64,000 nucleotides of DNA from Zancudomyces culisetae HAW-14-8 (lineage: Eukaryota; Fungi; Kickxellomycota): NCBI GenBank assembly GCA_052426225.1, contig JBNJNM010000011.1, positions 1,240,001 through 1,304,000 of the forward strand, written 5' to 3'. The position numbers and the translations under genes were made by a program. The notes under the pieces are model-generated. The model was given only the letters and a program-made list of their open reading frames with translations. It ran no database searches and was not told the origin of the DNA. Positions 21,016-34,831 of this stretch are shown here, piece by piece (position 1 is the stretch's first letter; each line of letters opens with the position of its first letter).

Positions 21016-21511
21016 TTTATATCTAGCAATTTTGCCTGCAATTTTTTATTTATTTATTTTTTCTGTTAGTGAGAGAAAAAATAAGCTTTAATGATGTGTG
21101 GAAAATAATAGGATTTTTCCATAATTGGTGACCATGAATTGTGCATTTAGCAATATTTATCACTGTTACACTTTTCTTTTTTTAAAAAGAAACAAACGTA
21201 AAGCTAGTAAATAGATATGACCACTACAAAAAAAAAACCATGTTCCAGCCATCCTATAACCCCCCCTCTGTCGAATCGTTGTATTTTTTCTGCTCTATAG
21301 GCGAGGAATCGTATTGTCTCTTAAAACCCAGGGATGAATCGCCTACTCAATAAAAAAAATTCTCCAGCCTTTGGCTTATTGGCCGCCATATATCAAAAAA
21401 TGAAAAAATAATGTTAAGCAGTGCTACTTGTACACTTTGGCTTACTCGTGTAGAATTTTTAGAGTTCTCTAAAAAAGTTTACCACTGCTCAACATGGATA
21501 GTACAATACAC

Positions 21512-22979
21512 TTATTTGTACATGTTGTAATATTCACACTCGAATGAAGTAGCAGCTCTAGCGCTCTTTTTGGCAATATTCGCATCATGAGGAGCAAAAT
21601 CCGTGTCAATATATTCAATTCTCGTTTTTTTTCTCATATTCGACGTGATGTTACTTAAACCCGAGTTGTTAGGTGACAAAGGTTGCAGATTTTCCCCTGC
21701 CTGACAACCAAGCTTTGTCATTATCTTGGTAAAGAGGCTCTTTTTTTCGGTGGTGACAAGACCAATCTGGGACATTTTTAGTGGGGTCTTTTCAAAATGA
21801 GCATCATTCTGATCAGCTTTTAGCATCAATACCTCCTTCACGTTATAACCACATGTGGGACAAACGCATGATTTTAACAACAACCATGATTCAATACATT
21901 CCTGATGGAATATATGTCCGCATGGCAGTTTTCTGATTTCTGCACCTATTGTAATATCATCGATACATATAGAACATAGCGGCAGCTTTCTATTGTGTTG
22001 ATATGATGCAGCGGTTGAAACAGTATTTGAGGGGCTGGAAGTTCCGTTGGCATCGCTATGCCTTATATTTTCTTTGACACCGATTACATCCTCTGGGGTT
22101 AATTCCTTTTTTTCTAGATACTTCAGGTCGCTCGGAGACAAGGTGGTGTGTTTAGGCTTGAGATCACGGCTATTAGTACCTAACGTACATGCTTTAGACT
22201 CGAACATAAACCGTTTATTTAGGTGCTTGCATACTATCAAATAAACAAGTATTTTTTTTGAGAAGTGTTTAAAGATAACCTATACCCCTCCCACTCCTTG
22301 TATATAAACATAAAATTATAGTTTTCTACTAGAATATTTGCTTACCTAAAACTACGAGTACAACGCCTACCAGAGAGTATGTTGATATCAACAGTATTTG
22401 CAGGCTTGTAAACAATGCTTCATTTTTTGTGGGAAAAGTTATAAACACGACCTTCCTGGTCCCCTTGGTTGCGGTTTCGCTGTTGGCTCTTTCCAAATCG
22501 AAAATTTGACGTCGCAATAATGATCCCGAAAAGTTGTTTATTAAGTACACAGGTATATCAATATTTGTGCTTGAAAAGTTACTCACTAAATGTTGTTTTA
22601 GCTCTGTCAAATTTTGGAAAGTAATGTCATAAACCAAAGCACCTACAGCTCTGTCATGATATGCTTGCTTGAGCATATCGTTGAATTTACATTCCATCAA
22701 TGATATGAGTGCTATGTGACCGAAGCTCTTTTCAAAATAGTTTTTTTCCCTGTCTGCCACAACACAATCCAGCGGACTGTTTAAGCTATATAGGATACCT
22801 TTGGCCTCTTTGTTTTTTGATGTTGGCAAGTAGGTACTGGTATTTGAATCGATGTCATACGTAATGTATTCATCTAGATCTGTCACGACATTATCTTTAA
22901 TAACCACAACGTCTTTTCTAATAGCCATTAACGCATTGGTGGCTCCAATTAACATAATAACTGTTACAATCTTAAGCAT
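21512..22979 (-). CDS. PA-TM-RING-H2 E3 ubiquitin ligase (RNF13/goliath/RMR-like), 2 exons (22979-22346, 22233-21512)
   Basis: Signal peptide; PA-like domain (IALISLMECKF..A.GALVYD..IDIPVYLI); TM helix; GTAAGC..TAG intron 22345-22234 joins the two ORFs in frame; RING-H2 CSIC..LPCGHIFHQECIESWL..CPTC. Confidence 0.88.
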
Positions 22980-24323
22980 GTTTTTTTTTTAAAAAAAAAG
23001 GCTTCTTGTGGTACAAAGAAATATCACTGCTAGTAATATAATAAATAGGGTAAAAGGTAGAAGCACAACACAACATCACTGTATCCCCCTCCTCTTCCCG
23101 GGATCTGAACTAATTTATAGATTTTATGTACCATATAGCAGTATATAATTGTAAGAACCCTTTCAACAACAAAAGCAGATAAAGTATAAACAGTGGTTTT
23201 ATTAAGTGGGTATATAAAGAACATGTAAAGAGGGTTTTTTATGTCATTTGAATCAGCTAATGTTTCATTCTTTTTTTTTTAATTTATCATATATTTCACT
23301 TAATATAAGATATTATTATATATTAAACCTTCTTTTATATTTATAGTCAGAAATTAATAATATTGCTCAATATTCGCAGATAAAATAAAATAGTTAAAAG
23401 TCAGTTAATATTACTTGTGATATTGATCATACTCACATACTAAAGGTATATCATTAAACAGGTGTATATATACATAAAGACGATAGCTGGTCAAATATTC
23501 ACACATTCAAGTATCTGATATTCTATTTTATTTGCATCGTACAATCATCAATCAACACACTAACCCCCCTTTTATCCAAAGTACAAAAATGGCTTATCAC
23601 AGTAGAATATCAAGAAGTTAATACTTTGCAGACCTGAAAAGCCTGGCAAAAATAAAAGCTATGATTGTGGGAAAAAATAAAAACTATATGGGTACTTGGC
23701 GGTAAAAAATAATGTTTTTTTTATTGATGCGCTCAACAGATTAATAGTAAAGCATTTTCACTACACCAGATCAAATCATCTCGGTGCCAATTATTCGAAC
23801 CACTATCAGTGCTTTAGTGTTGAAACAGCTTCTTTCTCTTCTCTTATGTTCAACTCAAGCGCCAGCTCGGGTTGATTAATGCTTTATCGAGAATAAAAAG
23901 TGGTCGCGTATTGGAGGCATAATCAGTAGCGCAAATACATACATTCGCCCATTTGTTTATTGTGCGGCGGATCATGTGCCAATAATTCTGACTGTCCAGT
24001 TGTTTTTCTTATAGCACGGAACTGAAATATAACATGTTGTTTCGACACACATTTTTATTTATTTTACATTTCGCTAGTTCCCATTTATGTAGATTTCAAA
24101 ACCCAATTTTTAACACGTCACTATGATGTGTTTTCCAAATATTCCCACAACCAACTGATTTACTTAATTATTTTGTTCAAAAGGTTGGTTTGTACACAAG
24201 TAGATTTTTTTTAAGGGGAAAAGGTGATGGGAGGAGGGGGTAATGACCGAGATATTCCGAACATGCCGCCTTATTGGCAAGAGTTTAATCTAATCTCATT
24301 ACTGTGTCCCGCTTATACCCCCC

Positions 24324-24365
24324 ATCCTCTATCATCTATCCTCTATCCTCTATCCTCTATCCTCT
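24324..24365 (+). repeat. Heptamer tandem repeat (ATCCTCT)x6
   Basis: Six units, one variant (ATCATCT). Confidence 0.9.
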
Positions 24366-26776
24366 ACCTTCTGGTGAAAAAAGGAGAGATCCATGGGACA
24401 GGGAGCCCTGTTAAGATTAATAATTCTAAACAAAATAATAGCTGTCCGAGCTGCAACTCCGCCAAAGATTAAAAAACTGAATCTTTTTATGTTTTACATT
24501 TTTTTTTGCAATAAACTATTCGGCAAATATCACAAAATACTAAAAAAGAGAGTATTCTATATACAGTATCTATCCAACCAATCCCTCCTTTACTAACTCT
24601 GGAGGACTCTGTACCCCCATTGTGTTTTACACAAGATTTTTTTCTTTAAAGAAAAAGCCCTTTTTATTCGAATTTACAAATAAATTACGTGGCAGGTGGT
24701 TTATCGCATTCTGCATTCCGTGCGGATAAACAGGGACTATCAGGTAGTACTCAAAAAATAGGGCACATAAAAGAAGGTACATGACACCATTAGCAAACTG
24801 ATAATCACAGCCATTCCTCACCTGAGCTATAAAAAAATTTTTTGAGGTTACTCCTGAGAAATTTACCCCCCTTTTTTGTGCAGTTTTTATCAATGGAGAT
24901 ATGGTAGATTTTTTCAAGGATAAAAGAAACAAGAAATATTAAAGGATGTTAACTGTAGAATCGGAATGAGCCCTTGAAGGTTGCTGTCCTTTTTTCCCCT
25001 CAAAAACCGACTCTAAAGTCAATTTAAACAGTATGATTCAACATGATGCCAGGTGGCGTTGGTGACGGGGACATTACTCGTGATTCATAGATAAGTTTTT
25101 AAAGAAAGGGGTACTTTTGTCGAACCAGGTGATTAGGATGGATGGGGATATCAATGCTAAACTTACAGAGTTTTGAAAGTATTGTGTGATATGTGGTATT
25201 CCTCAATTAGCAACAAGAGGCCCATTCTCGCGATTGAAAAAAAGTTGAGGGGAATACTGATTGGTAATGGGCGAATAAAACACTGGAGATTTGGTGACCA
25301 AAGCTTTATTTTTTCATCCAGTTCCTAGTTCCAATAAAAAAAATCGGTTTCATGTTATTTTGTTGGATGGGATTGAATAAGGCATGAACAGATTAGTTTT
25401 CCAATGTTTGTTTTATTATCTGTTCGCCCAACAATCTAACAGGGCGGGAAGTGCATTTTTTTTTTTTTGAAAAATCTATAAATACAAGTAGGAGGAACTG
25501 TAAACAAAAAAAAGGAAAAAACCCAAACCTGAAGCACTAAAAAGAACTTTATTTTTCAAGTTTAATATTAAAACTATTTGAGTGTTTGGGCTTTAACTAA
25601 CCACATCGAAGAATAAAGAAAACAGGTGAATTTGTTCTAAACAACAAGAACGGTAAATAGGGAAACAAAACTGGTATTATTCAAACTGATACAACGCAGA
25701 AAAGGTAGGGATATATTTTGAGTTTTCTATAAAAGTACTGGATGAAACTGTGGAGGTTAATACAGCGTTATAAAGAGCTCTACTTTGGAAGTAGAAAGGC
25801 GTGGATTATTATTTTGTGGTTGCTTTTATTGACCAGAACCCACACAAAAGGCTTAAATTCATTGAAAGATGGTGCTACAAAAGACTCAAAGCAGAAAAAA
25901 CTTTAATTTTAAAAACAGGTATTTTATGGGATATTGTTTTACCTAAAGAATGTTCACACCACTAAAGGCAATTCGATATAAAGTTGACATAAGAGCATAC
26001 ACAATTATTGCGTGTTTATAAAGTGTAATAAGTATGAGAAACCAGGAAAAAAAAACGAGAAATGGACGTTATATTAGCCCACATGTCTCTTTTTTTTTAG
26101 GGGTGGGGGAGAATGGTAGAGAGAGAAATAGAAATTTTTTCTGGATACGGTAAATCTATTCTTTATATTTTAAGATGGATGGGTAGAATGGGATTGAGAT
26201 GGTATTGGCTGTTTTTCTTCTGAAGGTCATGAAAATATGGTGTTTAATATATTACTGTGCTTTTATTAAATTCTAATTTGGGTGTTTCTTGTTGTCAAAA
26301 AGGTCAAGATTCTATTCTCTGTTGACTAAAATCTGCATCTCTTATTAGTGGTGGTAAAAACAAGGTAATATATATAAAAAAGCAACCGAAAGGTATAGTT
26401 AAAGGGTAATTGAGGAAAGGAATGAGTGTAGTAGTGGTAGTAGGACAAGAGGACAGATTGGTTCAAAGGTCTTGGTCCTAAAGCCACATTGGGAACTGTC
26501 CTTAAATTAGCCGAGTTTTTTTTGTTGTGTTGGGTTTATTACTCTCTCGTGATGTAATTGGGAATTTTGAACCTTAGGGGATCGATTGATTAAATAATTG
26601 GGTTTAAAATCATATCTGTTCAGGGAGAATTATCACCAAATATAAGTATAAGAAACAGAGTATCTTCAAGCTTAGTAGGATCGTTATAAGATTTATCAGT
26701 AAAAATAAAATAGCAAAGATACTAAATCAACTCAATAATATTATTTTAGAAAATTTGGTAACAAAGGGAAAGGAAC

Positions 26777-29700
26777 ATGTCATTGCAGATAAGCACAATA
26801 GACAAGCTAAGAAAGGTGCAAAATGGAAAAGTTAGACTACTTGGGGGTTTGAGTAGGAAATTCATACAAAACCAGACCGACAAAAGAGGGTTCTTCAAAC
26901 GTGCAGACAAAGGGCTTCAGTCAATAGGAATCCGGAGAGAGGACAAAAACATTTGGGAGAGAAGGGTAGGATTGACACCAAACCATGTTTCAAGGTTGAT
27001 CGAAGAAACAGGTGCTACTGTATACATTCAGCCATCAAACAACCGAGTATACAATGATACCTCGTTTAAAAAGGTAATGTAGCTTGAGGTTTTTTTTCTT
27101 CGGGGGAAGGTGTGAGACTCAGTAGAATTAAGATGATCGATATATTTAGAGGGTTTTAATGATGTAAAAATAGGCAGGTGCGATTGTTACAGAAGACTTG
27201 GGCGTGGCTGATGTAATTGTTGGAATTAAAGAGGTACCAAAGCACAAGTTGATACCAAATAAAACCTATGTGTTTTTTTCGCATACACATAAAGGTCAGG
27301 CTTATAATCGGGGGTTACTTCAAACAGTGATAGACAAGGTAGGTTTTTATTCAATATACTGATAAAACTCCAATGGCTTGATTGTGTAAATAAAGGGAAA
27401 AGGAGAAGGAAAGAAAGAGAGAGGAGCGTATGTAGAGAAGAGTGTGTAACCGATGGTTTAAATGTTATAGAATATAAGGCTACTTGATTATGAGCTGTTG
27501 GTAGATCCAGAAACCAAAAAGAGGTTGGTAATGTTTGGAAAATTTGCGGGATACGCAGGAACCATTGATGGTATTCATGGACTTGGACAAAGAATGCTGG
27601 CAATGGGATACAATTCGCCACTGATTAACATAGGGATGTCGCATATATATCCTTCACTGGGGGCAGTAAAATCACATTTTCAAGAGGTTGGTGACTTAAT
27701 AAAGCAATATGGAGTCCCAAAAGATTTTGGACCAATGGTATTCACAATTACAGGGAGAGGAAATGTCGGTCAAGGCGCAAAGGAAATATTTGAGTGCTTT
27801 CCACACGAGTATGTAAAGGTGGATCAGTTGGAGGACTTGGTGAGGGGATTCAAAGGGGATAGTCAATCGGAGGGGCTCCACAAGATATATGGTGTAAAGG
27901 TGAATGCAGAGGATTATGCAATTAGAAAAACAGATGGGAAGTATGATAGAAATGAATTTAGAGCACACCCAGACAGATACACGTCGAACTTCCACAGAAA
28001 GATAGCACCGTTTACAACACTGCTTATCAATGGGATATATTGGGACCCACATAGCCCCAAGCTTGTAACAAGGCAGCAGCTGAAGGAAATACAAGAAATG
28101 CAAAAGGCAAATAAAATCGACAGGTTTAGAATGCTGGGAGTGGCAGATATAAGTTGTGATATGGAGGGGAGTATTGAGTTTACAACGCATGCTTCGTCAA
28201 TAGACTCGCCGTTTTTCTACTATGACGCAATAAATAATGTTGAGCACAAATCAATAGGAAAAGAGGGAATACAAGTGATGTCAATCGACAATCTCCCTAC
28301 TGAATTGCCATCAGAAGCGAGTAGATACTTTGCGGAATTGTTTTATCCAGTACTTAAAAAGCTGGTGAGAGGTGAGTATGAGGATCCAGTTATAAAAAAC
28401 GGTCTGATTACAGGAAAGGATGGGAAGTTGATGGAGCCACACAGACACCTGGAGTCACTGTTGGCTCAATATAGAAAAGAGGTTGAGGAGTCGAGTAAGA
28501 CCGATAACACTGGAAGCGGAATTCATGTGGAGACAGCGCCACAGAGGAAAAAGGTGTTGGTGGCTGGTTCGGGGTTGGTGACAGGGCCATTGATTAGACA
28601 CTTGAGTGGGTATGTTCCTGGAAGTGGAAATGGAAGCGGAAATGGGGCTGGGAATGTTGGTGGGATAGATGTACTAATAGCCAGTAACAACCACGAAGAA
28701 TCAAATACGCTCGCATCAACATTCCCCAACACAAAAACCACGGGCTTAGATGCAAGCAATTTTAGCCAGGTTGATGAATTGGTAAAAGGGAGCGATTTGG
28801 TTATCAGTATGCTGCCAGCCCAACTTCATCCAGTTGTAGCTAAAGCTGCAATCAAAAACAAAAAGGATATGGTTACTGCTAGCTACATTTCACCCGCAAT
28901 GGCTAACCTCGATAAAGAGTAAGCAGCATTTAGCGTTTAGTATTTAGCATTTATTTCAGTTGAAGATCTTTAACGAAAAAGAAACAATGAATATAAAATA
29001 GAGCAAAGAAGGCAGGAGTTACAATTCTCAATGAGATAGGGTTGGACCCAGGAATCGATCACTGCAGTGCTATGAAGATAATAGATGACGTAAAATCAAG
29101 AGGGGGAGAGATTGTCTCATTTGTATCGTGGTGTGGAGGTCTCCCAGCACCAGAAAACAGTAATAACCCGTTGGGGTACAAGTTCTCATGGTCACCGCGT
29201 GGTGTATTGACAGCTGGGTTAAATGCAGCCAAATTCAAACTGAACAACAAGATTGTACAGATTGAAGGTAAGGATTTGTTGAAGTGCCGATTCCCAACAG
29301 TTCCACTCTTTTCAGGATTTGCACTAGAGGGATTGGCTAACAGGGACAGTCTTTCGTATGCAGATGTATATGGATTGGATTTGGAGCGGATGAGTACAAT
29401 GGTGCGAGGAACACTGAGATTCCAAGGGTACTCTGAGCTGATGAGCAGCTTTGTTAAGCTAGGCTTTTTAGATGACAAGCCAATCGAGGGCGCGTTTACT
29501 CCAGGAAATGCACCTGTGTTTGATTATGATTCAGATTTTTGCAAATACGTGCTTAAGACAGAGAATGCCAGCCAAAAGACTGTGACTGAACGCGTTGCCA
29601 GGCTTCTGGAACGCCAGCCGGCCGACCCAGTTGTCACACGGGTTGTGTCGACACTTGGAAAGTTCGGTATGCTGGAGACATCGAGCTATGATGTGAAGGT

Positions 29701-30208
29701 GTCCAGTTCTATTATTGCCCCAACAGCACTTGACGGCTTTTGCTCAATCTTGCAGCGCAATTTAGCATATTCGCCAAATGAGCGCGACATGGTATTACTC
29801 TCACACGAATTTATTGCCGCTTTCCCTGCTCAAGCTTCCTCAAAGGGCAGTCACGTACTGGGTGGAAACAATCACAGCAACCCTGGATTTGGTCGGTACG
29901 AGTTGCACAAATCGACACTGGCATCATATGGTGGGATCAAGATTGACGAAATCACTGGGGAAAACAAAGGTGAGTCGGCAATGTCGAGAACAGTAGGTAT
30001 TCCTGTAGGCATCGCTTCCTGCATTTTGTTGGAGGGGTTGGTAAGTACTAAGGGCGTGATCCGACCAACTCAACGCGAAATCTACATTCCAATGCTGGAT
30101 AGGCTCAACACTCTTAAAGAAAGCCCAATATTTTTCAACGAAAGTTGTGAGATTATGGACATTAGCCACATCTACACCAACTCTATTACAAACTCTTTAC
30201 AGCTTTAA
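26777..30208 (+). CDS. AASS: Bifunctional lysine-ketoglutarate reductase/saccharopine dehydrogenase (alpha-aminoadipic semialdehyde synthase), 4 exons (26777-27073, 27174-27338, 27471-28918, 29002-30208)
   Basis: Basic N-terminal presequence. LKR motifs GIRREDKNIWERR, FFSHTHKGQ, RLLDYE, FGKFAGYAG, ADISCD, MSIDNLPTELPSEAS. SDH motifs GSGLVT, VTASYIS, NEIGLDPGIDH, CGGLPAPENSNNPLGYKFSWSPRG, RGTLRF, SAMSRTVG. Three in-frame GT-AG introns. Confidence 0.95.
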
Positions 30209-30251
30209 TTTTATTTATGTTAGCCTAATAAAAATAAATTAAAGTAAAATT

Positions 30252-33200
30252 TTAATGCATCTCTCGACACTGTGGGCAAACGTATGTCACGTCTTCCCAA
30301 TCGTCATCATCAATATACTTGTTTAGCCGTTTGGCTTCAGCACGCATTGCGCATCCTGTATGCTGCCAACACCTACACGATTCGCACATGGTCATTGGTC
30401 GCCCATCATCATAGTTTGCACCTCGTTTCCCGCATACACAGTTGAATATCCATGTTCCGCCACCATTACCACCACCATTACCACTACTATTGTCATCGTT
30501 ATCATTATCGTCATCGTTATCGCTGTTTTTATCATTGTTGTGAACAGGTTGGCTTGTGTTGTAATTATTATACATTATTGGTTCTTCTTCTTTGTCTTGG
30601 TCATCTTCTGTCTTTCTTTCATTGATGTTGCTACTGCTATCATTGTTAGTATAATCATTCTTTATGCTATTGTTGGTGTTACCATCGTGATGTAATATTA
30701 CAGGTGGTACTATATCCTCGGATTGGTCGTTTTCTTCTTTCTCTATCTGTCCTTCATTTATCTGCTCTTTTTCCATAAGCTCTTCATCTTTCTGATACAC
30801 TTCATCTTTCTGATGCTCTTGTGGTTTAGCAGTACTATATGCCTCAGGATAACTTTTCTCTTTCGCCGTGGAAATATCTACAGTCACGAGCATTTGCTTT
30901 TGTGATTGATGTTTTTGTACCATCATCTTATTTACAGAACCATGACCATTAGTGCTTTCTATGTCAATAATGTCATCGTCACCGTCATCTTCATCCCTGT
31001 ATTCACCCATATGACCATCCGAGTTTTTACTTCCATCCCTACCCGCATCCCTGTACCTATAATCATCCCTGTTTCCATTCTCAACCTGTTCGCTGTCAAA
31101 AGAGGCTGGTGAAAAAGTTCGAGCACTGCGCGTACTATAGTTGTGGCTATTATTACCATGATGTTGATGTGCAGATGCCCTGGTCACCCTCGTATGCCTA
31201 TCTCGAATACTCGTATTCCCTCTGTTTCGCAAACCATACCTACCACCACCTCCATCGTCATCATGATCATCAGCCTCAACATCAGCATCAGCATCAGCAT
31301 CAGCATCATATCTATAGTTATCGCCGCCACCACCACCACCTGGTTCATCATCACTTTCATAATCGTAATAGTACATTTTTCTCTCAGCCCTTTCAGCACC
31401 CCGTTGTCGCTCCTCCTCAGCCTCCTTGCTGCGCTTCATCATCAATCGCATTGATGATCTCTTGACCCCGTCAGCTCCATAGTAACCTTCGCCACTACCA
31501 CCAACAAAGTATCGCTTGCGTTCCATGTACCGCCGCTTGGCTTCTTTTGCTTTGATCTTTTTTGAGATCTCCTCCAACTCGTCCTTCAACTTATTTGTTA
31601 GTTCCAACTGGTCCTTATACTTTTCCTTGTCTTTCGGTTTGATTCCTTTACTGGCCACGGTAGATTCCAAATATTCTATTACCCGCTCATAATCAGCAAC
31701 TGTCACACACAACAATTCCCACTTGTTCCCATCCGCCTCAATATGCTCACAAAGCGCCTCATCTGCACATACGTGTTCTTGCTCTATATTGGTGTTAAAC
31801 TTTAGCTTTATCACTCGGACTTTTACTTTAACTTTTACGTCTAATTGAGACTCGGAATTAATCGATGTGTTATTTCCAACTCTTGACGTGGATTCTGTCT
31901 CAGCTTTAGGCTTGTTCTCCAATCTCGTTTCATCAACTTTTTCATCTAAGCCCGATATAACCGCTTCTGGCTTCCTGTCTTCGTTATCCGATCGCATCCA
32001 CTCCATACTATCAGAAGATAATGTACTTAGAGAAGAATATGAAGTTTCATTACCGTTTACTTGCTGCTGTTCAGTTTCCATCTCCATCATCTCCATTTTC
32101 TCATCTTCTCTTTCTTTTTCTTTACTGAATCGACCCAAATTTCGTGATGATCTCCTAGTCCCCTCAGCTCTGGGTTTGATGTTCTTTGTCTTTTTTTTTG
32201 CTGATGTCGCTGCTTTTTCCACCTTGTTTTTCTCACCCTTTGCTTGATCCGACACCGTCTTTGGTTTTGCCACTTTTTTTTCCTTGCTTTTCTTTTGTTG
32301 GCTCTCCTGAATATATGGATTCAAATTCTCTACAGTATACTTGTTTACCAGTGTCTCTCTGTAGAGTCTGGTGTCATTCAAAAGCCAGTAAACTCGCTGT
32401 TCTGCATCTTTTCCTATTGGCTCCACCCTCTATGTTTAGCCCATATCGTTTGTTAATTTTCTCTTTCATTTTCATTTACGTTTTAGCTTTTCGCTAAAAT
32501 ACTAGAATGCTACAAACTCAACAATAAAACAATCCTATAGTATATACATGCTCTTACCAATTGCTGTTCTTCGTCTTGCGAGATTGGTGTTATTATCGGT
32601 CGGTCAAAATAATACATCGATTGTTCGCACAGTCTGCACAACACTGAAAGCTATATTCATCATGTTTCCACCATGTTAAACCATCTAAAACGATCCAGTC
32701 AAACAGGTATACCTTCTTACTGCGATACTACCGGAATTTTGGTTTTGTAACTTACCTTGTCTTTTAGTTCCAGGTCAAAGAAGCTCTTTATTTTAATCTC
32801 CTCCCTAATCTCGGGCGTTTTCTCCTCTTGTAAATCCATAGTCTCTCTGTTTTCCTTACTTTCCGCATTTTCAATGCTTTTTACATTTTCTACACCCTCC
32901 ATACTCTCTGCATTTGACGTTAATTCTGCGTTTTCCATACCCTCAGCAACTTCTGAAACCGAATCTTTTGCAAAAAAAAAAAACGATGGTTTGGAATAAA
33001 ATGTTGAGGGTTATATTATATTATAGATTAAATACTGAGTAAAAGCATTTACCTTCATTTTCGGCAGCAACCATCACCTTTTCTTCCAACATATCCCTTG
33101 GTTCAAAATTATACTTTCCCCATGCTTTATGCAGACTCGCCTCAAATGTAGCTTTACTATTTTGCATTTCGTTTTGTTTAGAATTAATTTAGTTCGAAAT

Positions 33201-33659
33201 TTCCGGCCTAGGAGCTTATACATGAAAAATAAACAAAGAATCGCTCCAATATATTTGAAAAAAGCCTAGCTATAAAAAAACAAGCATATATCTAGTTGGA
33301 TTAATACCTTGGGCCCTTAATCGTTGTTCCTTTTTTTAGTAGAGTAATTATCAAATCTTCCAACCATTCGCTTTTCTCCTTTTTTAACAATTCTTCTTCA
33401 AGTAACTATTTGAATTAATTATTACGTTGCTGTGTGAATAAACTTGTACAATATGGTCAGTTGATTATAATGGCTTTATATATACTACACAGCTTTGTTC
33501 AAAGGTTGAAGCTGCTATATATTTTCAATTTCATGCGTATTATGAACTTACCTCTATACTAAAATCGTCAATCTTAAATAGCTTGTAAAAAATATCAAGA
33601 AACTGGCCCGTAATCGCAAAGTCCCGCATACCTCTTAGTTCTAACAGCTCAGACTCCAT
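30252..33659 (-). CDS. DDT-WHIM1-WSD-PHD chromatin protein (ISWI accessory subunit-like), ~6 exons
   Basis: Exon 1 MESELLELRGMRDFAITGQFLDIFYKLFKI (DDT-like); FFDLELKDK|LSVLCRLCEQ (WHIM1-like); RVEPIGKDAEQRVYWLLNDTRLYRE and WELLCVT (WSD-like); C-terminal PHD CVCG..YDDGRPMTMCESCRCWQHTGC..CPQC. Five GT-AG introns join in frame. Confidence 0.82.
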
Positions 33660-34483
33660 GATTATTTTCGTTTTTTTACCGCAAGAGTAGATATCAGGAA
33701 AAGTATGTTTTGACTGAAATGAATTCTAAATTGGTATAATGAGATTATAAGGTAACTTTTTTTTTATGAACTGAGTATGGTTAGGCCCGGAATTGACAAC
33801 TTTACAAGTTTGATGTATTATTAAATTGACTCTTGTGGTGTTCTGGCAAAAATGGCTCTAAAAATAAACAATATACCCTGCCTTTTTTTGGTGTTTATTT
33901 TTAAATTTTGTTTTTATTTTTGGCGTTCTTTGGCGTATTTTGGTGTTCTGGGTTGTTTTTTTTCAAATTACTAGAACAGTTTTAATGATAAAAATCAATA
34001 TAGCCAAGTATTCATAACACTTTCTACATATTTTCTGCAAAAAGAAAAATAGTAATGAAGTATATTGGTAAAAAAAATTTTTTTTATTTATCCAGGAACA
34101 CTTTTGATTTTGGGTGCTTAACTCCAAATTGGCTGTAAAAATTGGTGGATTGGGGGGGGGGGGGGAGGGTCGAGTTTAGATTTGAAAATTGATTTTAGAT
34201 TTCGTGTTCAAATGATTTATTTATTGCCTTTTCCTAGTTTTTTGTGATTTGAAAAAGATAACCAATTGATGGAAATTATAATTCGTTGGTGCAACTTTAT
34301 TAACATTTTAATACGTGCCTTTGCTGTTTCAGTTTTCTTTAAGAAACACACAATTCATTCATATATTGCACATCTATAAAAGACTAGATCTTACGAGACC
34401 TTTGTTCTTTATCTTTACATCAAAGATCACATTACTTTTACTTTTAGGTTTTCAAATCCCCAGTGAAGCAAAATCTTTTCAAA

Positions 34484-34831
34484 ATGGGAAATTCAATGGG
34501 CAAAGCATCTGACTCAAAAAAAATCGAATTGTTGAAAACCGAGGTCGAGAAAACGATAAACACCAATTCAGTTGTTGTATATTCAAAAACACATTGTCCA
34601 TATTGCAAACGGGCTAAGAACGAACTTGAAAAGCTAAACGTACAGGCAAAAGTTATTGAACTTGACACTGTTGAGGCTGGACCCGAAATCCAGCAGGCAT
34701 TGCTAGAGCTGACGAATCAGCGCACTGTTCCAAATATATTTATCAACCGAAGCCATATCGGGGGTTGTGATGATCTGATGAAAAAGATTGGTTCAGGTAG
34801 CATAAAGGAACTTCTTGAGGCAAAAGAGTAA
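34484..34831 (+). CDS. Dithiol glutaredoxin
   Basis: VVVYSKTHCPYC, QRTVPNIFI, HIGGCDDL motifs; first ATG at 34484. Confidence 0.95.
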   Translation: MGNSMGKASDSKKIELLKTEVEKTINTNSVVVYSKTHCPYCKRAKNELEKLNVQAKVIELDTVEAGPEIQQALLELTNQRTVPNIFINRSHIGGCDDLMKKIGSGSIKELLEAKE

